From an uncultured Candidatus Poseidoniales archaeon (lineage in GTDB: Archaea > Thermoplasmatota > Poseidoniia > Poseidoniales > Thalassarchaeaceae), in contig CABXDN010000004.1 of the NCBI GenBank assembly GCA_902511005.1, positions 28,404 through 92,403 on the forward strand: a DNA stretch of 64,000 bases, written 5' to 3'. The first letter of the stretch is position 1, and the number at the start of each line of letters is the position of its first letter. The position numbers and the translations under genes are program-made. The notes below the pieces were generated by a model. It ran no database searches, was not told where the DNA came from, and saw nothing but the letters and a program-made list of their open reading frames with translations. Below, in pieces: positions 48,582-63,475 of this stretch.

Positions 48582-49160
48582 TCAGTCTACTATCTCGACC
48601 TTTCCATCGATGATGTCAATTCTTGCAAGTGTTCTTATCGGCCATGTTGGTTTTTCACGATTTAGTCTTTTACGACCTTCTCCCTTTTCGATTGCTATAA
48701 CGATATCTTGTAAAATAACTCCCATATTCTCTAAAGTCTCTAGCAATGGTTCTAGTGTCCCACCTGTTGATATAACGTCATCAACAATTAAGATTCGTTC
48801 TCCAGGATTAATATCATTTATGTAAACTGTAGATTGTGAATAACCTGTAGCAACATCAACTTTAGTTTCTCCATCCATTCCATATGATCTCTTACGAATT
48901 ACTACTGTTGGCTTTCCAGTTGCATCCCCTACTGCAGCCAATAAAGGTAATCCCATTGCTTCAACCGTGACAATTAGATCAACCTTTGACCAGTCGACAC
49001 TTTCGACAATTAGATCGCGAGTAGCACGCAAAACCTTAGCATCCATACGTGGAATACCATCCGAAATAGGATGTATGAAATAAGGATAATCACCTTTCCA
49101 AATTATTGGTGAACCACGCAAAGATTCATGTAAAATTGAGAGGGGAGTATTGGGCGTCAT
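48582..49160 (-). CDS. hpt: Purine phosphoribosyltransferase (archaeal hypoxanthine/guanine PRT type).
   Basis: PRPP-binding motif ILIVDDVISTGGTL. The N-terminus LRGSPIIWKGDYPYFIHPISDGIP resembles archaeal Hpt. Confidence 0.65.
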   Translation of the reverse strand: MTPNTPLSILHESLRGSPIIWKGDYPYFIHPISDGIPRMDAKVLRATRDLIVESVDWSKVDLIVTVEAMGLPLLAAVGDATGKPTVVIRKRSYGMDGETKVDVATGYSQSTVYINDINPGERILIVDDVISTGGTLEPLLETLENMGVILQDIVIAIEKGEGRKRLNREKPTWPIRTLARIDIIDGKVEIVD

Positions 49161-49171
49161 GCCCTACACAC

Positions 49172-49708
49172 TCAGACTAGTCCCTTCAATTGCTCGGAAC
49201 CTTCGATTACTTTGATAGTACAAGGAGTAGGGAACTTACAATTTGCCTTACGTAGTGCATCTCTTGCAACTAGGTAATGTTCAGGAGTAGTTACGATTGA
49301 TATTACTGTCTGCCCTCTTTGAACACGTGCTGCGGTCCCTACATTCTTTCCAAATGCTTGTCTCATACCTTGTGATACACGATCTGCTCCAGCTCCAGTA
49401 GCCTGTTTATTTTCTCTAAGTATTTGATGAGGGTATGTGTGCATCCTTAATGCATAATTGTCCCCTGCTGCATCTCTGATTCTTGCATTGGCAACTTGAC
49501 GTGCTGCTTCTAATGCCTTATCTTGAATTTGACATGAGTTATCTGCTAGAAGAGAAACCTTGACCGGAAATCCTCCTGCTTCTGCTACCTTTCTATTACC
49601 CATAAAATAACGAAGAATTCGATTATTAGGTACACCTCCAGTGTACTGACGTCTTGTGAATGCCTGACCCTTGAGTCTGCGGTACATGGATGCGGGCTTA
49701 CGTGCCAT
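49172..49708 (-). CDS. rpl10e: 50S ribosomal protein L10e (uL16).
   Basis: MARKPASMYRRLKGQAFTRRQYTGGVPNNRILRYFMGN is the L10e N-terminus. Start taken at the MARK Met rather than the upstream in-frame Met. Confidence 0.9.
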   Translation of the reverse strand: MARKPASMYRRLKGQAFTRRQYTGGVPNNRILRYFMGNRKVAEAGGFPVKVSLLADNSCQIQDKALEAARQVANARIRDAAGDNYALRMHTYPHQILRENKQATGAGADRVSQGMRQAFGKNVGTAARVQRGQTVISIVTTPEHYLVARDALRKANCKFPTPCTIKVIEGSEQLKGLV

Positions 49709-49790
49709 TCGAACTACCTCGACTTCGGCCGACTGGCCTACCGTATTTAACAATAAGTGAGTAGAAGAAACTATCTTCGACCATCATAAA

Positions 49791-50732
49791 TCAAGAAGTT
49801 GTAAGTCTTTCACTCTCGAGTTGAACGATTTTCACCCCTATTAAAATCATTATAAATCCTATAATAATAGTGTATCCCAATCTCTCATCTAGTAACCACC
49901 AACCGCCTAATATCCCAAAAACAGGAACTAAGAAAATATATGATGATGCAGAAGTAGCACCTAGTTTTTCTATTCCAATAGTGAACCAGTAATATGCGAG
50001 TACAGTCGAAAAAGCTCCTAAATAGAATATTGCAAACCACCCCTCTTTTGATGGATTTGGTATGCCATAATTCCAAGTCTCATAAATCATAAAGGGCGTA
50101 ATCATAATTGTACCTATCATGGAATACCAAACAACAATCTCTAATGATGAATAATTATTTTCACCATCTTTGCCCTCCATCAAACGTTTGGTCATATTTG
50201 TAGTAGTCGCCCAAGATAGTGACGCGAAAAGTATCAGTAGATCGCCAAATATCCTTTCTTCAAATTTAATTTGTGTATTCGGACTCCATCCCGTGACTAT
50301 TCCTACGCCTAAAAATCCACATAATAAACCTAAAAACATTTTTTTAGATATTTCTTGACCAAGTAAAGGAGCGGCTAGTATTACTGTGAATATCGGGTTA
50401 AATGTGATTATCAAAGATGCGTCTCCTGCAGCAGTATAGAACATACCATGCATAAAGAAAAATTGATAGCATAATACTCCAGTAAAGCCGATTATTATCA
50501 AACTCCTAAATGTTTTCTTATTATCTGGAAACCACCTTACATCTTTCCCACTTACAGCATTAACAGCGAACCATAGATAGAAAATCATCATCGTTAATAT
50601 GTACCTTAACCAAGCTCCCGTCATGGGTGGTAATTCTAATGATAACATCCTCCCGATAGCCCAAGATAGTCCCCAAATTATTGCTACCATAATCATGAGT
50701 AAGTGTGTTCCAAAGTTATTATCTTCCTTCAT
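49791..50732 (-). CDS. EamA/DMT-superfamily transporter.
   Basis: 10-TM protein with two EamA-like repeats (ASLSWATT... and the GAFSTVLAYYWFTIGIEKLGATSAS signature). Confidence 0.75.
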   Translation of the reverse strand: MKEDNNFGTHLLMIMVAIIWGLSWAIGRMLSLELPPMTGAWLRYILTMMIFYLWFAVNAVSGKDVRWFPDNKKTFRSLIIIGFTGVLCYQFFFMHGMFYTAAGDASLIITFNPIFTVILAAPLLGQEISKKMFLGLLCGFLGVGIVTGWSPNTQIKFEERIFGDLLILFASLSWATTTNMTKRLMEGKDGENNYSSLEIVVWYSMIGTIMITPFMIYETWNYGIPNPSKEGWFAIFYLGAFSTVLAYYWFTIGIEKLGATSASSYIFLVPVFGILGGWWLLDERLGYTIIIGFIMILIGVKIVQLESERLTTS

Positions 50733-50889
50733 CGAACCACTCTATCTGTAACTTCCGATAACCTGTAGTAATTTATGTATCCGCCTGTCAATATATACTT
50801 ACTTTCTACCCCTGCCAAGCGATTTGCTTATGCACCCCCTGCTTTGTGGTATTACTCACGCTCCGGCGTTAGCATTGGAATGATTAGAA

Positions 50890-53586
50890 ATGTCGAAGAG
50901 ATCAATGTTAGATCAATTTGCTGAAATCAAGGCTCAGCACCCCGATACGGTCTTATTTTTTAGAATGGGAGATTTTTATGAAATGTTTCATGAAGATGCA
51001 GTTGTTGCATCAGAAGTTCTCGGAATAACATTAACTAGTCGTGATAAAAATTCCGATAACCCTGTTGCGATGGCAGGTGTTCCATGGCATTCAGTCGAGT
51101 CTTATCTTCAGTCAATGCTACGCGCAGGTTACAAAGTTACTATGTGTGAACAGGAAGAAGAGTTACGTCCGGGTTCTAAGATTCTTGAAAGAGTAGTTAC
51201 CAGAGTTTACACTCCTGGTTCATTATATGAGGAGAACCTTATTGGAGAAGACGGCTCGAGTATTTTAGCTGCAATTTCAGTTAAGGATGACAAAATTGGA
51301 CTAGCAATACTCGATTCTTCAACAGGCCGTTCTTGGGTTCAAGAGCAATCAGGTGCGGGACGATGGGAGAGGATTAAAGATGAAATCCAACGTTGGTCAC
51401 CTAGTGAATTAGTTGTATCTAAAAAAGATGCTTTATCAGATGTTATACTATCATTAGTTTCCGATCTAGATAATATACTAATGAGTATTCATGATGCTAA
51501 CGCTGAGCAAAGGCTACAATCAGTTCGTGAACATCTGCAAATTTCTGATCTTGGGAGTGTTGATTTAGATTCTAAACCATTGGCACTTCAGGCCTGTGGA
51601 CTTGCGGCAGGATATATCGCCCATTTACATCTAATTGACACTGTTCCTCTCAGAGAAGTACATTTTGATGCAGACGATGGCCACCTTGTTCTAGATCAGA
51701 CCACTTTAAGAAATTTGGAATTAAGCCATACTCTGATAGGTGAGAAGCAAGGTTCACTAATTCAATGCATAGATTCGACAAGAACTTGGATGGGCAGAAG
51801 ACTACTAAAAGAGTGGATAATGAGGCCTCTAACAAATAAAGAAATTATTGCATCAAGGCATTTAGCCGTCAGAAGTTTATTCAAGGCTCCAAGGAGGTTA
51901 GACTCAATACGAGAGAATCTTAAATCGATGCGAGATTTAGAGCGTTTATCTACTCGACTGGCTTATGGTAGAGCGAATGCAAGAGATTTAGTTGCAGTTT
52001 CTGAATGCTTAGAAAGAATGCCCAAATTACAGACATTACTGACTGAAGGTAACTCTGAACTCCTTCATAGTTCCTCTTTAGGTTTGAATAATTTAGATTC
52101 AATAAGAGAACTTATCTGCAGTAAAATTGTTGATGAACCTCCCGCATCGATAAGAGATGGTGGTATTTTCCGATATGGTGTCGATAAACAACTTGATGAT
52201 CTAAGAAGTAAAGCAAGTGAAGGTACCAGTTGGCTGAAAGAATTTGAGTCTAAAGAGAGAGAAAAACTTGATATCCCGAATCTTAAAATAAAGCATAATA
52301 GGCAATTTGGCTTTTTTATCGAGATTACTAAATCACACGTAGGTAAGGTTCCGGATAATTACAGACGACGACAAACAATGACTAATGCAGAAAGATATAC
52401 TACTGATGAGTTAGTAGGCTGGGAAGAGATAATACTCACTGCTGACGATAGGGCAAAGGCTCTTGAAAAAGAGCTTTTCATTAATCTCAGAAATAGCGTA
52501 GCCAATCATTCATCCGAATTAGCAACAATAGCAAGGCAAATAGCTACAACTGATGTAATATCTTCCTTTGCAATTCATGCTAGAAAAAACTCTTGGTGTA
52601 AACCAGAAATAACGGATGAGAGCAAGATAGAGATTATTTCTGGTCGTCATCCCGTATTAGAAGCAGATGGAAGATTTGTCCCAAATGATGTCAAGTTAGA
52701 TGAAAAGAGGAGTTTCTTATTACTGACTGGTCCAAATATGGGTGGTAAATCTACTTATCTTCGGCAAACTGCACTGATATCAATTTTAGCTCAAGCCGGA
52801 TCTTATGTGCCTGCTGAAAAAGCTAAGATTGGATTAATAGATCGTGTTTTCACAAGAGTTGGTGCTCATGATGATCTACGCCGAGGCCGTTCAACGTTTA
52901 TGATGGAGATGATTGAAGTAGCTCATATATTGCGCCGTGCCACTGATAAAAGTCTGATTTTACTAGATGAAATCGGTCGAGGGACTTCAACCTTTGATGG
53001 TTTAGCCATAGCTTGGTCCGTTACTGAAGATATCTGTAAAAGGTTAGGTTCTAGAACTCTTTTCGCCACACATTATCATCAACTAATTGGATTAGAAGCT
53101 GAATTTAAAAATTTAGCAAATATTCATGTCCAAGTAGCAGATGTCAATGGAGAAATACGCTTTCTTCACACAATTTCAGAAGGTTCTTGCGATGACTCCT
53201 ATGGGGTTCAGGTAGCAGCATTAGCAGGTTTACCAATTTCAGTGGTTGAGAGGGCTAGAGATTTACTTATATTTCTTGAAAGTCAGGCTCAAGGCGCCAA
53301 AGCAGGTTCTTCCAATTCGCCAGATTCAAGACCAAATGGTCAATCCAGTATTTACGGTTGGATGTTAAACTCTGCGAATCAAAATGAATTAATTCCTAAT
53401 GAATCGAAACCATTAGTTTTAGATGTAAAAGAAGAAATAATTATTGATCCTGTGCTCAAAGAAATTTCAGCACGTCTTCGCTCTTTAGATCCGGATAATC
53501 TAAGTCCTAGAGAGTCTCAAGAGGTTTTGTATGCTATGATTGATTCACTTGAAAAATCTAGATTTTCTGATTTATTGGAGGAATAA
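50890..53586 (+). CDS. mutS: DNA mismatch repair protein MutS, bacterial MutS1 type.
   Basis: Mismatch-binding N-terminus LFFRMGDFYEMFHEDA, Walker A GPNMGGKST, DEIGRGTST and a helix-turn-helix C-terminus. 898 aa. Confidence 0.95.
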   Translation: MSKRSMLDQFAEIKAQHPDTVLFFRMGDFYEMFHEDAVVASEVLGITLTSRDKNSDNPVAMAGVPWHSVESYLQSMLRAGYKVTMCEQEEELRPGSKILERVVTRVYTPGSLYEENLIGEDGSSILAAISVKDDKIGLAILDSSTGRSWVQEQSGAGRWERIKDEIQRWSPSELVVSKKDALSDVILSLVSDLDNILMSIHDANAEQRLQSVREHLQISDLGSVDLDSKPLALQACGLAAGYIAHLHLIDTVPLREVHFDADDGHLVLDQTTLRNLELSHTLIGEKQGSLIQCIDSTRTWMGRRLLKEWIMRPLTNKEIIASRHLAVRSLFKAPRRLDSIRENLKSMRDLERLSTRLAYGRANARDLVAVSECLERMPKLQTLLTEGNSELLHSSSLGLNNLDSIRELICSKIVDEPPASIRDGGIFRYGVDKQLDDLRSKASEGTSWLKEFESKEREKLDIPNLKIKHNRQFGFFIEITKSHVGKVPDNYRRRQTMTNAERYTTDELVGWEEIILTADDRAKALEKELFINLRNSVANHSSELATIARQIATTDVISSFAIHARKNSWCKPEITDESKIEIISGRHPVLEADGRFVPNDVKLDEKRSFLLLTGPNMGGKSTYLRQTALISILAQAGSYVPAEKAKIGLIDRVFTRVGAHDDLRRGRSTFMMEMIEVAHILRRATDKSLILLDEIGRGTSTFDGLAIAWSVTEDICKRLGSRTLFATHYHQLIGLEAEFKNLANIHVQVADVNGEIRFLHTISEGSCDDSYGVQVAALAGLPISVVERARDLLIFLESQAQGAKAGSSNSPDSRPNGQSSIYGWMLNSANQNELIPNESKPLVLDVKEEIIIDPVLKEISARLRSLDPDNLSPRESQEVLYAMIDSLEKSRFSDLLEE

Positions 53587-53587
53587 T

Positions 53588-55534
53588 ATGTCATCTAATT
53601 CTCGGCAGTCAATCATCCAACTTGATGAGTTAACTATTGATTTAATCGCCGCAGGAGAAGTAGTGGAAAGGCCTGCTCAAGTGGTAAAGGAACTAGTTGA
53701 AAATTCTATAGACTCAGGTAGCAGCCAAATAAGAATTGAGATTGAAAAAGGTGGATTTGATAGAATATCTGTTATTGATAATGGGCATGGAATACCTAGA
53801 GAAGAATTGAAACTAGCGATTAAAAGACATGCCACAAGTAAACTTTCAGTACCTGAAGATCTTAATCGAATCGTTACTAAAGGTTTTAGAGGCGAAGCAT
53901 TAGCATCAATTGCTGCAGTTAGTGAGTTGATATTATCAAGTAAAGTTAAAGATTCAGATGGGTTTTCTATCTTAGTAGATAATGGAGTTGTTGGAAAAAT
54001 TGAGCCAGTTGGTATAGCTCCAGGTACAAAGGTAGATGTCCTTAATTTGTTTAAAAAAATCCCTGCACGTTTATCTTTTCAAAGAAGGCCTTCAACTGAG
54101 AATGCAGCAATTGTAGATATAGCAATCTCTTTGGCCTTGAGTGAACCGAAAACAGGAATAATAGTGGAATTAGACGGAAGAAAAGTACTAGATTGTCCTC
54201 CTTGCGAAGGTATGGAAGACCGATTATACGATCTCTTTGGTTCGACATCGTCCAAATTAATTTCACTAGAATTTTCAGATGATGATAGAGATGCGCCGGG
54301 TGATGAAGTTTGGAGTGGATGGATATCTCCACCCGGAATATCACGTTCACGTTCAGATGATATTCACGTTCTCGTCAATGGACGTCCAGTTAGCACAGGG
54401 CCATTTCTTCAATCAATAAGAAGAGGCTATCATACTAGACTAATGGTGGGGCGCCATCCTATTGGCGTAATATCTCTTAATTTACCTCCAAGCGAGGTAG
54501 ACGTAAATGTTCATCCTACAAAACGTGAAGTTAGATTGCAATATTCTTGGAGAGTTTTGGAGAGATTAGAGCGGTCTATTCAATATACTCTCAGTAAAGT
54601 TTCAACACAACCTGAATCTAAGAATTTAACATTACTTGAAGGATTGGAAGTTAAGCCAGATAATGTCCAAAATTCGGATATATTTGTTCCATCATGGGCT
54701 CAAGTAGAAAATAAAGAAACTATACAGACTCACTTTAGTAGCATTCGAGGAGCAATGCCATCGAGTGAAAGATTAGGAAATAAAATCTCATCAAATGAAT
54801 TAGAACAAGAAACATTGCCAGGTCTGAACCCTAATCCGATATCTCCCTCATTATCTTCTGCAGAGCGTTCGTTACACCGACTTTCTATCTCAGGAGATTC
54901 AATTTCTCCAATAGACGAACCGACACCTAAAGCAGCAATAATACCAGAGTTGCCCGAAATGGAAGTATTATGTCAGTTTTCTAATTCATATATATTGGCT
55001 GAAGGTAATAATGAATTATTTATCATTGATCAACATGCTCTTCATGAAAGAATCAGATATGAGCGATTGCGTCCTTCTATGGTTGACTGGGATCCTCAAA
55101 AATTAATCATATCAGTCCCAATATCATTGGGGGTAAGGGAATTAGCCGCTGCTCGTTCTGAGTCTAAAAGACTCTTACAATTGGGTTTTGAATTTTCTGA
55201 ATCTGACGAAGGAATTGTGGTTACTTCGGTCCCAAATGTACTTGTTGGAGATAGTGGATTAATTGAATTTTTACATGACATTCTGATTGATATATCATCT
55301 AATCCAGAATCAGGAGGGATAGATACAGTTGAAAAATTACGAGATAAAGTTGCTTTTATGAAGTCCTGTAGAGGTTCAGTTAAAGCAAATCAGAAACTGA
55401 ATCTTTCAGAAATGAGACGTCTTTTAATGGATATGCGTACAGTTCCAAATCCATGGGCATGTGTTCATGGAAGACCTACTATTCTCAAGTTGACTCAAAA
55501 TCACCTGGACAAGCATTTTGGACGTCATGGTTGA
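53588..55534 (+). CDS. mutL: DNA mismatch repair protein MutL.
   Basis: GHKL ATPase N-terminus IDLIAAGEVVERPAQVVKELVENSIDSG and DNGHGI. The C-terminal dimerisation domain carries an endonuclease-type DQHALHERIRYE motif. GGAGG lies upstream of the ATG. Confidence 0.95.
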   Translation: MSSNSRQSIIQLDELTIDLIAAGEVVERPAQVVKELVENSIDSGSSQIRIEIEKGGFDRISVIDNGHGIPREELKLAIKRHATSKLSVPEDLNRIVTKGFRGEALASIAAVSELILSSKVKDSDGFSILVDNGVVGKIEPVGIAPGTKVDVLNLFKKIPARLSFQRRPSTENAAIVDIAISLALSEPKTGIIVELDGRKVLDCPPCEGMEDRLYDLFGSTSSKLISLEFSDDDRDAPGDEVWSGWISPPGISRSRSDDIHVLVNGRPVSTGPFLQSIRRGYHTRLMVGRHPIGVISLNLPPSEVDVNVHPTKREVRLQYSWRVLERLERSIQYTLSKVSTQPESKNLTLLEGLEVKPDNVQNSDIFVPSWAQVENKETIQTHFSSIRGAMPSSERLGNKISSNELEQETLPGLNPNPISPSLSSAERSLHRLSISGDSISPIDEPTPKAAIIPELPEMEVLCQFSNSYILAEGNNELFIIDQHALHERIRYERLRPSMVDWDPQKLIISVPISLGVRELAAARSESKRLLQLGFEFSESDEGIVVTSVPNVLVGDSGLIEFLHDILIDISSNPESGGIDTVEKLRDKVAFMKSCRGSVKANQKLNLSEMRRLLMDMRTVPNPWACVHGRPTILKLTQNHLDKHFGRHG

Positions 55535-56727
55535 AGTATTTCTAGAGTTTTTATCATTTCAAGAAAATCAGGATGTGTGACTTTAATTATTTCAGGATTC
55601 ATTATTTTCCCACCACAGTAAGTTGCTAAAATCACTGCCGTCATTGCTAATCTATGATCCATATGAGTATCTATAGGTTCATTTGGTATCTTAGGTATTT
55701 CTCCACCTAGTAAAGATAGTCCGTCTTTCTTTGTAGAACAACTGAGTGAAAATTCTCTAAGAAGTTCGCAAGTTCTGAAGATTCTATCAGACTCTTTACC
55801 CTTAGTATGTGCTGCCCCAATAATATCGCCTCCACTAGATATTGCCATTAATGCGGCAGCAGGAGTAATTATGTCACTTGCATCTCTAAGATTTATTATA
55901 TTTATATCTGGATCTTCTAATAATTCTAGTGTATTAAAGAGTAATTCATCTATATCTTGTTCTTCAATTTCTACCTGTAAATTTTGGTGTAAGTTGTCTA
56001 GTAAGATAGCCATAGGATAAAGGCTCATTTCACTAGGTATTTTTACTGTCTTTGGAGTTATAATTTCCCAACTGGAAAGTTCTATTGTGTTGCCTAGGAT
56101 ATTCTGTTTCAAACCCCATTTTTCGGCTATCTTACAGGTTAATTGCAAATACCCTCTACTAACTTCTTGTCCAATAATTGTTAAGTTCATTGCACTCTTA
56201 AAATCCGAAGAGCATAATATTAGTGCACTTATCGGTTGACTTGACTCTGAGGCATCAATTTCTATGTCTTTCGGATTTATTGGGCCTTTGACTGTACATG
56301 GGAATCCATCTGAAGATATTTCACAACCTAATTGTTTCAGACACGATGATAATATTGAATTACTCCTTTTTCGCAAAGAGATATCGCCATCGATAGTTAT
56401 CTCAGAATCAAAGGTTGCAGCTAAAGCAGTCATTATTCTAGCAACAGTACCTGAATTCCCGCAATATATGGTTTCTTTTGGAAGAATAAGACCATTCTTG
56501 GGTGGATATACAATCCATTTAGAAGTTTTTTTACTTATTTTTACACCCATTTTTTCTAAGCATTTTGCCATTGATACGATATCCTCTCCAGGGGTTCCCT
56601 GAAAATTAATTTCGGTAACTTCAGATGATTTTGATGCAAGCATTAGTTCCCTAATCATATGACTCTTTGAAGGTGGTAATTTGTAATGAAAAACACCATT
56701 TGGGGTCATAGGTTGTATCTGTTCCAC
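55525..56727 (-). CDS. aroA: 3-Phosphoshikimate 1-carboxyvinyltransferase (EPSP synthase).
   Basis: N-terminus LPPSKSHMIRELMLAS matches PGSKSxxxRALxLAA. C-terminal MDHRLAMTAVILA matches DHRxAMxFAxAxL. 400 aa. Confidence 0.8.
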   Translation of the reverse strand: MEQIQPMTPNGVFHYKLPPSKSHMIRELMLASKSSEVTEINFQGTPGEDIVSMAKCLEKMGVKISKKTSKWIVYPPKNGLILPKETIYCGNSGTVARIMTALAATFDSEITIDGDISLRKRSNSILSSCLKQLGCEISSDGFPCTVKGPINPKDIEIDASESSQPISALILCSSDFKSAMNLTIIGQEVSRGYLQLTCKIAEKWGLKQNILGNTIELSSWEIITPKTVKIPSEMSLYPMAILLDNLHQNLQVEIEEQDIDELLFNTLELLEDPDINIINLRDASDIITPAAALMAISSGGDIIGAAHTKGKESDRIFRTCELLREFSLSCSTKKDGLSLLGGEIPKIPNEPIDTHMDHRLAMTAVILATYCGGKIMNPEIIKVTHPDFLEMIKTLEILQP

Positions 56728-56763
56728 AACTTTGCATAGTTGGGTACTTGTTGAATACTCTTG

Positions 56764-57609
56764 TCAGGAGTCCACAATTCTTATTGCATCTCCAAAGTCA
56801 CATTCTTGGTCCCAAGATCTGGCTCTTTCCTCAACTTGATTGAGTTTCATTTCTTCCTCAATACTGCCCCCCCTCAACTTAACTAAATTATTTCTTTTCA
56901 ATAATCTTGGACTTAATCCAGGTAATATCACGCCTATTGCACGAGGCACTCTTCCGGGGTATACATCATTGACGTGTGATGCGATATTTGTCGTACAGTT
57001 ATTGAATAGACTATTATAAAATTCAGGATTTTCATATAACTGGTTGGTCCTTCTAAGATAAGATTCTAACATCCTACATTGATTTCCTTCTCCTAGGATT
57101 ATAGCTTCAAAAAGATGTGTTTCTGATTTCCTGCATCTACTTCTTACTCCGATTACATCTTTCTCAGTAGCCCAAACATACATTATCTCAAACTCTCTCA
57201 ATAATCCTTTGATGGGACTGAACTTTTCTCCGGGTTCTCTTCTTACTTCAATAGAGCAAGAAATCCTTGTGCCATCCTTAAATTCAAAACTTAGAAGAGT
57301 ATGAGCAATCGGTCTTCTTGTCGGGTAAAAATATTCTAAAACTAACCATATTTTAGTACAGTCTGAAATCTTGAATCTTTTTTCTATCCATTTTTCGTCA
57401 AAATCTTTAGTAGTTCTCCAATCAAAATCTCTTACATTTTTAAGTATTACTTCATCATTATCTATCTCTGCATATGCAATATATTTATTTTCGTTGACCC
57501 ATGATAAATCATTTGAAGGTGTCAAGTGTCTAATTCGTCTCCAAACTGAATAAATACCTATTATACACAAGATTAGGAGACTTAAACCCAGCAGAGTCAG
57601 GTTGCTCAT
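56764..57609 (-). CDS. Membrane-anchored hypothetical protein, possibly DUF4105/Lnb-like.
   Basis: N-terminal TM segment LTLLGLSLLILCIIGIY. An NNCTTNIASHV segment is reminiscent of the DUF4105 NNC(T/S)T motif. The family call is from memory and uncertain. Confidence 0.4.
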   Translation of the reverse strand: MSNLTLLGLSLLILCIIGIYSVWRRIRHLTPSNDLSWVNENKYIAYAEIDNDEVILKNVRDFDWRTTKDFDEKWIEKRFKISDCTKIWLVLEYFYPTRRPIAHTLLSFEFKDGTRISCSIEVRREPGEKFSPIKGLLREFEIMYVWATEKDVIGVRSRCRKSETHLFEAIILGEGNQCRMLESYLRRTNQLYENPEFYNSLFNNCTTNIASHVNDVYPGRVPRAIGVILPGLSPRLLKRNNLVKLRGGSIEEEMKLNQVEERARSWDQECDFGDAIRIVDS

Positions 57610-57654
57610 ACATCTTCAGAAGATGACACAAACAAGAAACCTCCTATCGGTTAG

Positions 57655-57741
57655 TGGCGCGGCAGGGGAGATTCGAACTCCCGAGGTGAAACACCACTGG
57701 ATTAGCAATCCAGCGCAATGGCCAGGCTATGCGACTGCCGC
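57655..57741 (-). tRNA. tRNA-Ser (anticodon GCT), class II with a long variable arm and encoded CCA.
   Basis: The reverse complement GCGGCAGTCGCATAGCCTGGCCATTGCGCTGGATTGCTAATCCAGTGGTGTTTCACCTCGGGAGTTCGAATCTCCCCTGCCGCGCCA folds as a cloverleaf. Anticodon stem-loop CTGGA-TTGCTAA-TCCAG, a 14-nt variable arm and T loop TTCGAAT. Confidence 0.85.
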
Positions 57742-57787
57742 AATATGCATCCGAGTTTTGATTATGGCTTAAGAAGAACGGTCTCAA

Positions 57788-62512
<4,725 letters not shown>

Positions 62513-62668
62513 AAAATCACTGTATTATTGGGGTGTCAGGGGGTTATTGAATGCTTTCGATATCTTTCTCCAAATTAGCCTAAATACCTCTAAAAAGAGC
62601 CTTTCATGATTTTATTCTCTGAGAAAACACTCGGCACGATTAAACGGGATTCATTTCTCCCGCGAGCA

Positions 62669-63475
62669 ATGAGTTTGCCTCTGGTATGCGTTACTCTTAC
62701 GGGTTGCACTGTTGATGCAATGCTGAAAGATGCAGCTAGAGCCACTGCGGCAGGAGCAGATATCGTCGAAGTTCGTCTCGATAAATTATGGGTAATCGAG
62801 CAAGAACCAGAACCAGTTGAAGTGAGAAATTCAGATTCTACAGATACGCGTAGATCAACTTATGTCGCTCCAACATATCTTCAACAACCAATCGATTCGG
62901 TTGATCTTGATTCCTCATTAATTTCATTTAGAACTGGAATAGAATTGCCTGTAATTTTGACTTGCAGGCCAGAGAGGCAAGGGGGTCACTATCCTGGTTC
63001 TGAAAAAGATCGTATTGCAGTTTTATCAAAGGCGATAAAGAGCGGCGTAAGTTGGATTGACTTAGAAATTGATATCGATACCAAGGAAAGAAAGAAATTA
63101 GTTAAATTAACAGGAGATAGTACAAAAATCATAGCATCAAATCATTACGACGGTCCTCCAAGTTCTCCTGAGGATATAGTTGAAGAAATTTTGGACATTT
63201 CTGATTCCGGAGATATAATAAAATTTGTATTTAACACAAGTGGTAAAAAAGATGCATTGAAACTATTTGATGTTGCTTGGAGAACGAAGGAATCAGAATG
63301 TAAATTATCTATTATGGGTATAGGTGCAGGCGGTGATTGGACCCGTATTCATGCCCCTTTACTTAATCAAAATATTGTATATACTACAATGGAAAATGGT
63401 TGGCATCTCGCTCAGCAAGGAAAAATAAATACTAGTGATCTCCAAACCGCTTGGAAACTACTGGAATATAATTAG
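62669..63475 (+). CDS. aroD: 3-Dehydroquinate dehydratase, type I.
   Basis: LPLVCVTLTGCTVDAMLKDAARATAAGADIVEVRLD matches the AroD N-terminus (VxxxxxDxxxxxxxGADxVExRxD). A catalytic Lys region is present downstream. Start is the ATG at 62669. Confidence 0.75.
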   Translation: MSLPLVCVTLTGCTVDAMLKDAARATAAGADIVEVRLDKLWVIEQEPEPVEVRNSDSTDTRRSTYVAPTYLQQPIDSVDLDSSLISFRTGIELPVILTCRPERQGGHYPGSEKDRIAVLSKAIKSGVSWIDLEIDIDTKERKKLVKLTGDSTKIIASNHYDGPPSSPEDIVEEILDISDSGDIIKFVFNTSGKKDALKLFDVAWRTKESECKLSIMGIGAGGDWTRIHAPLLNQNIVYTTMENGWHLAQQGKINTSDLQTAWKLLEYN

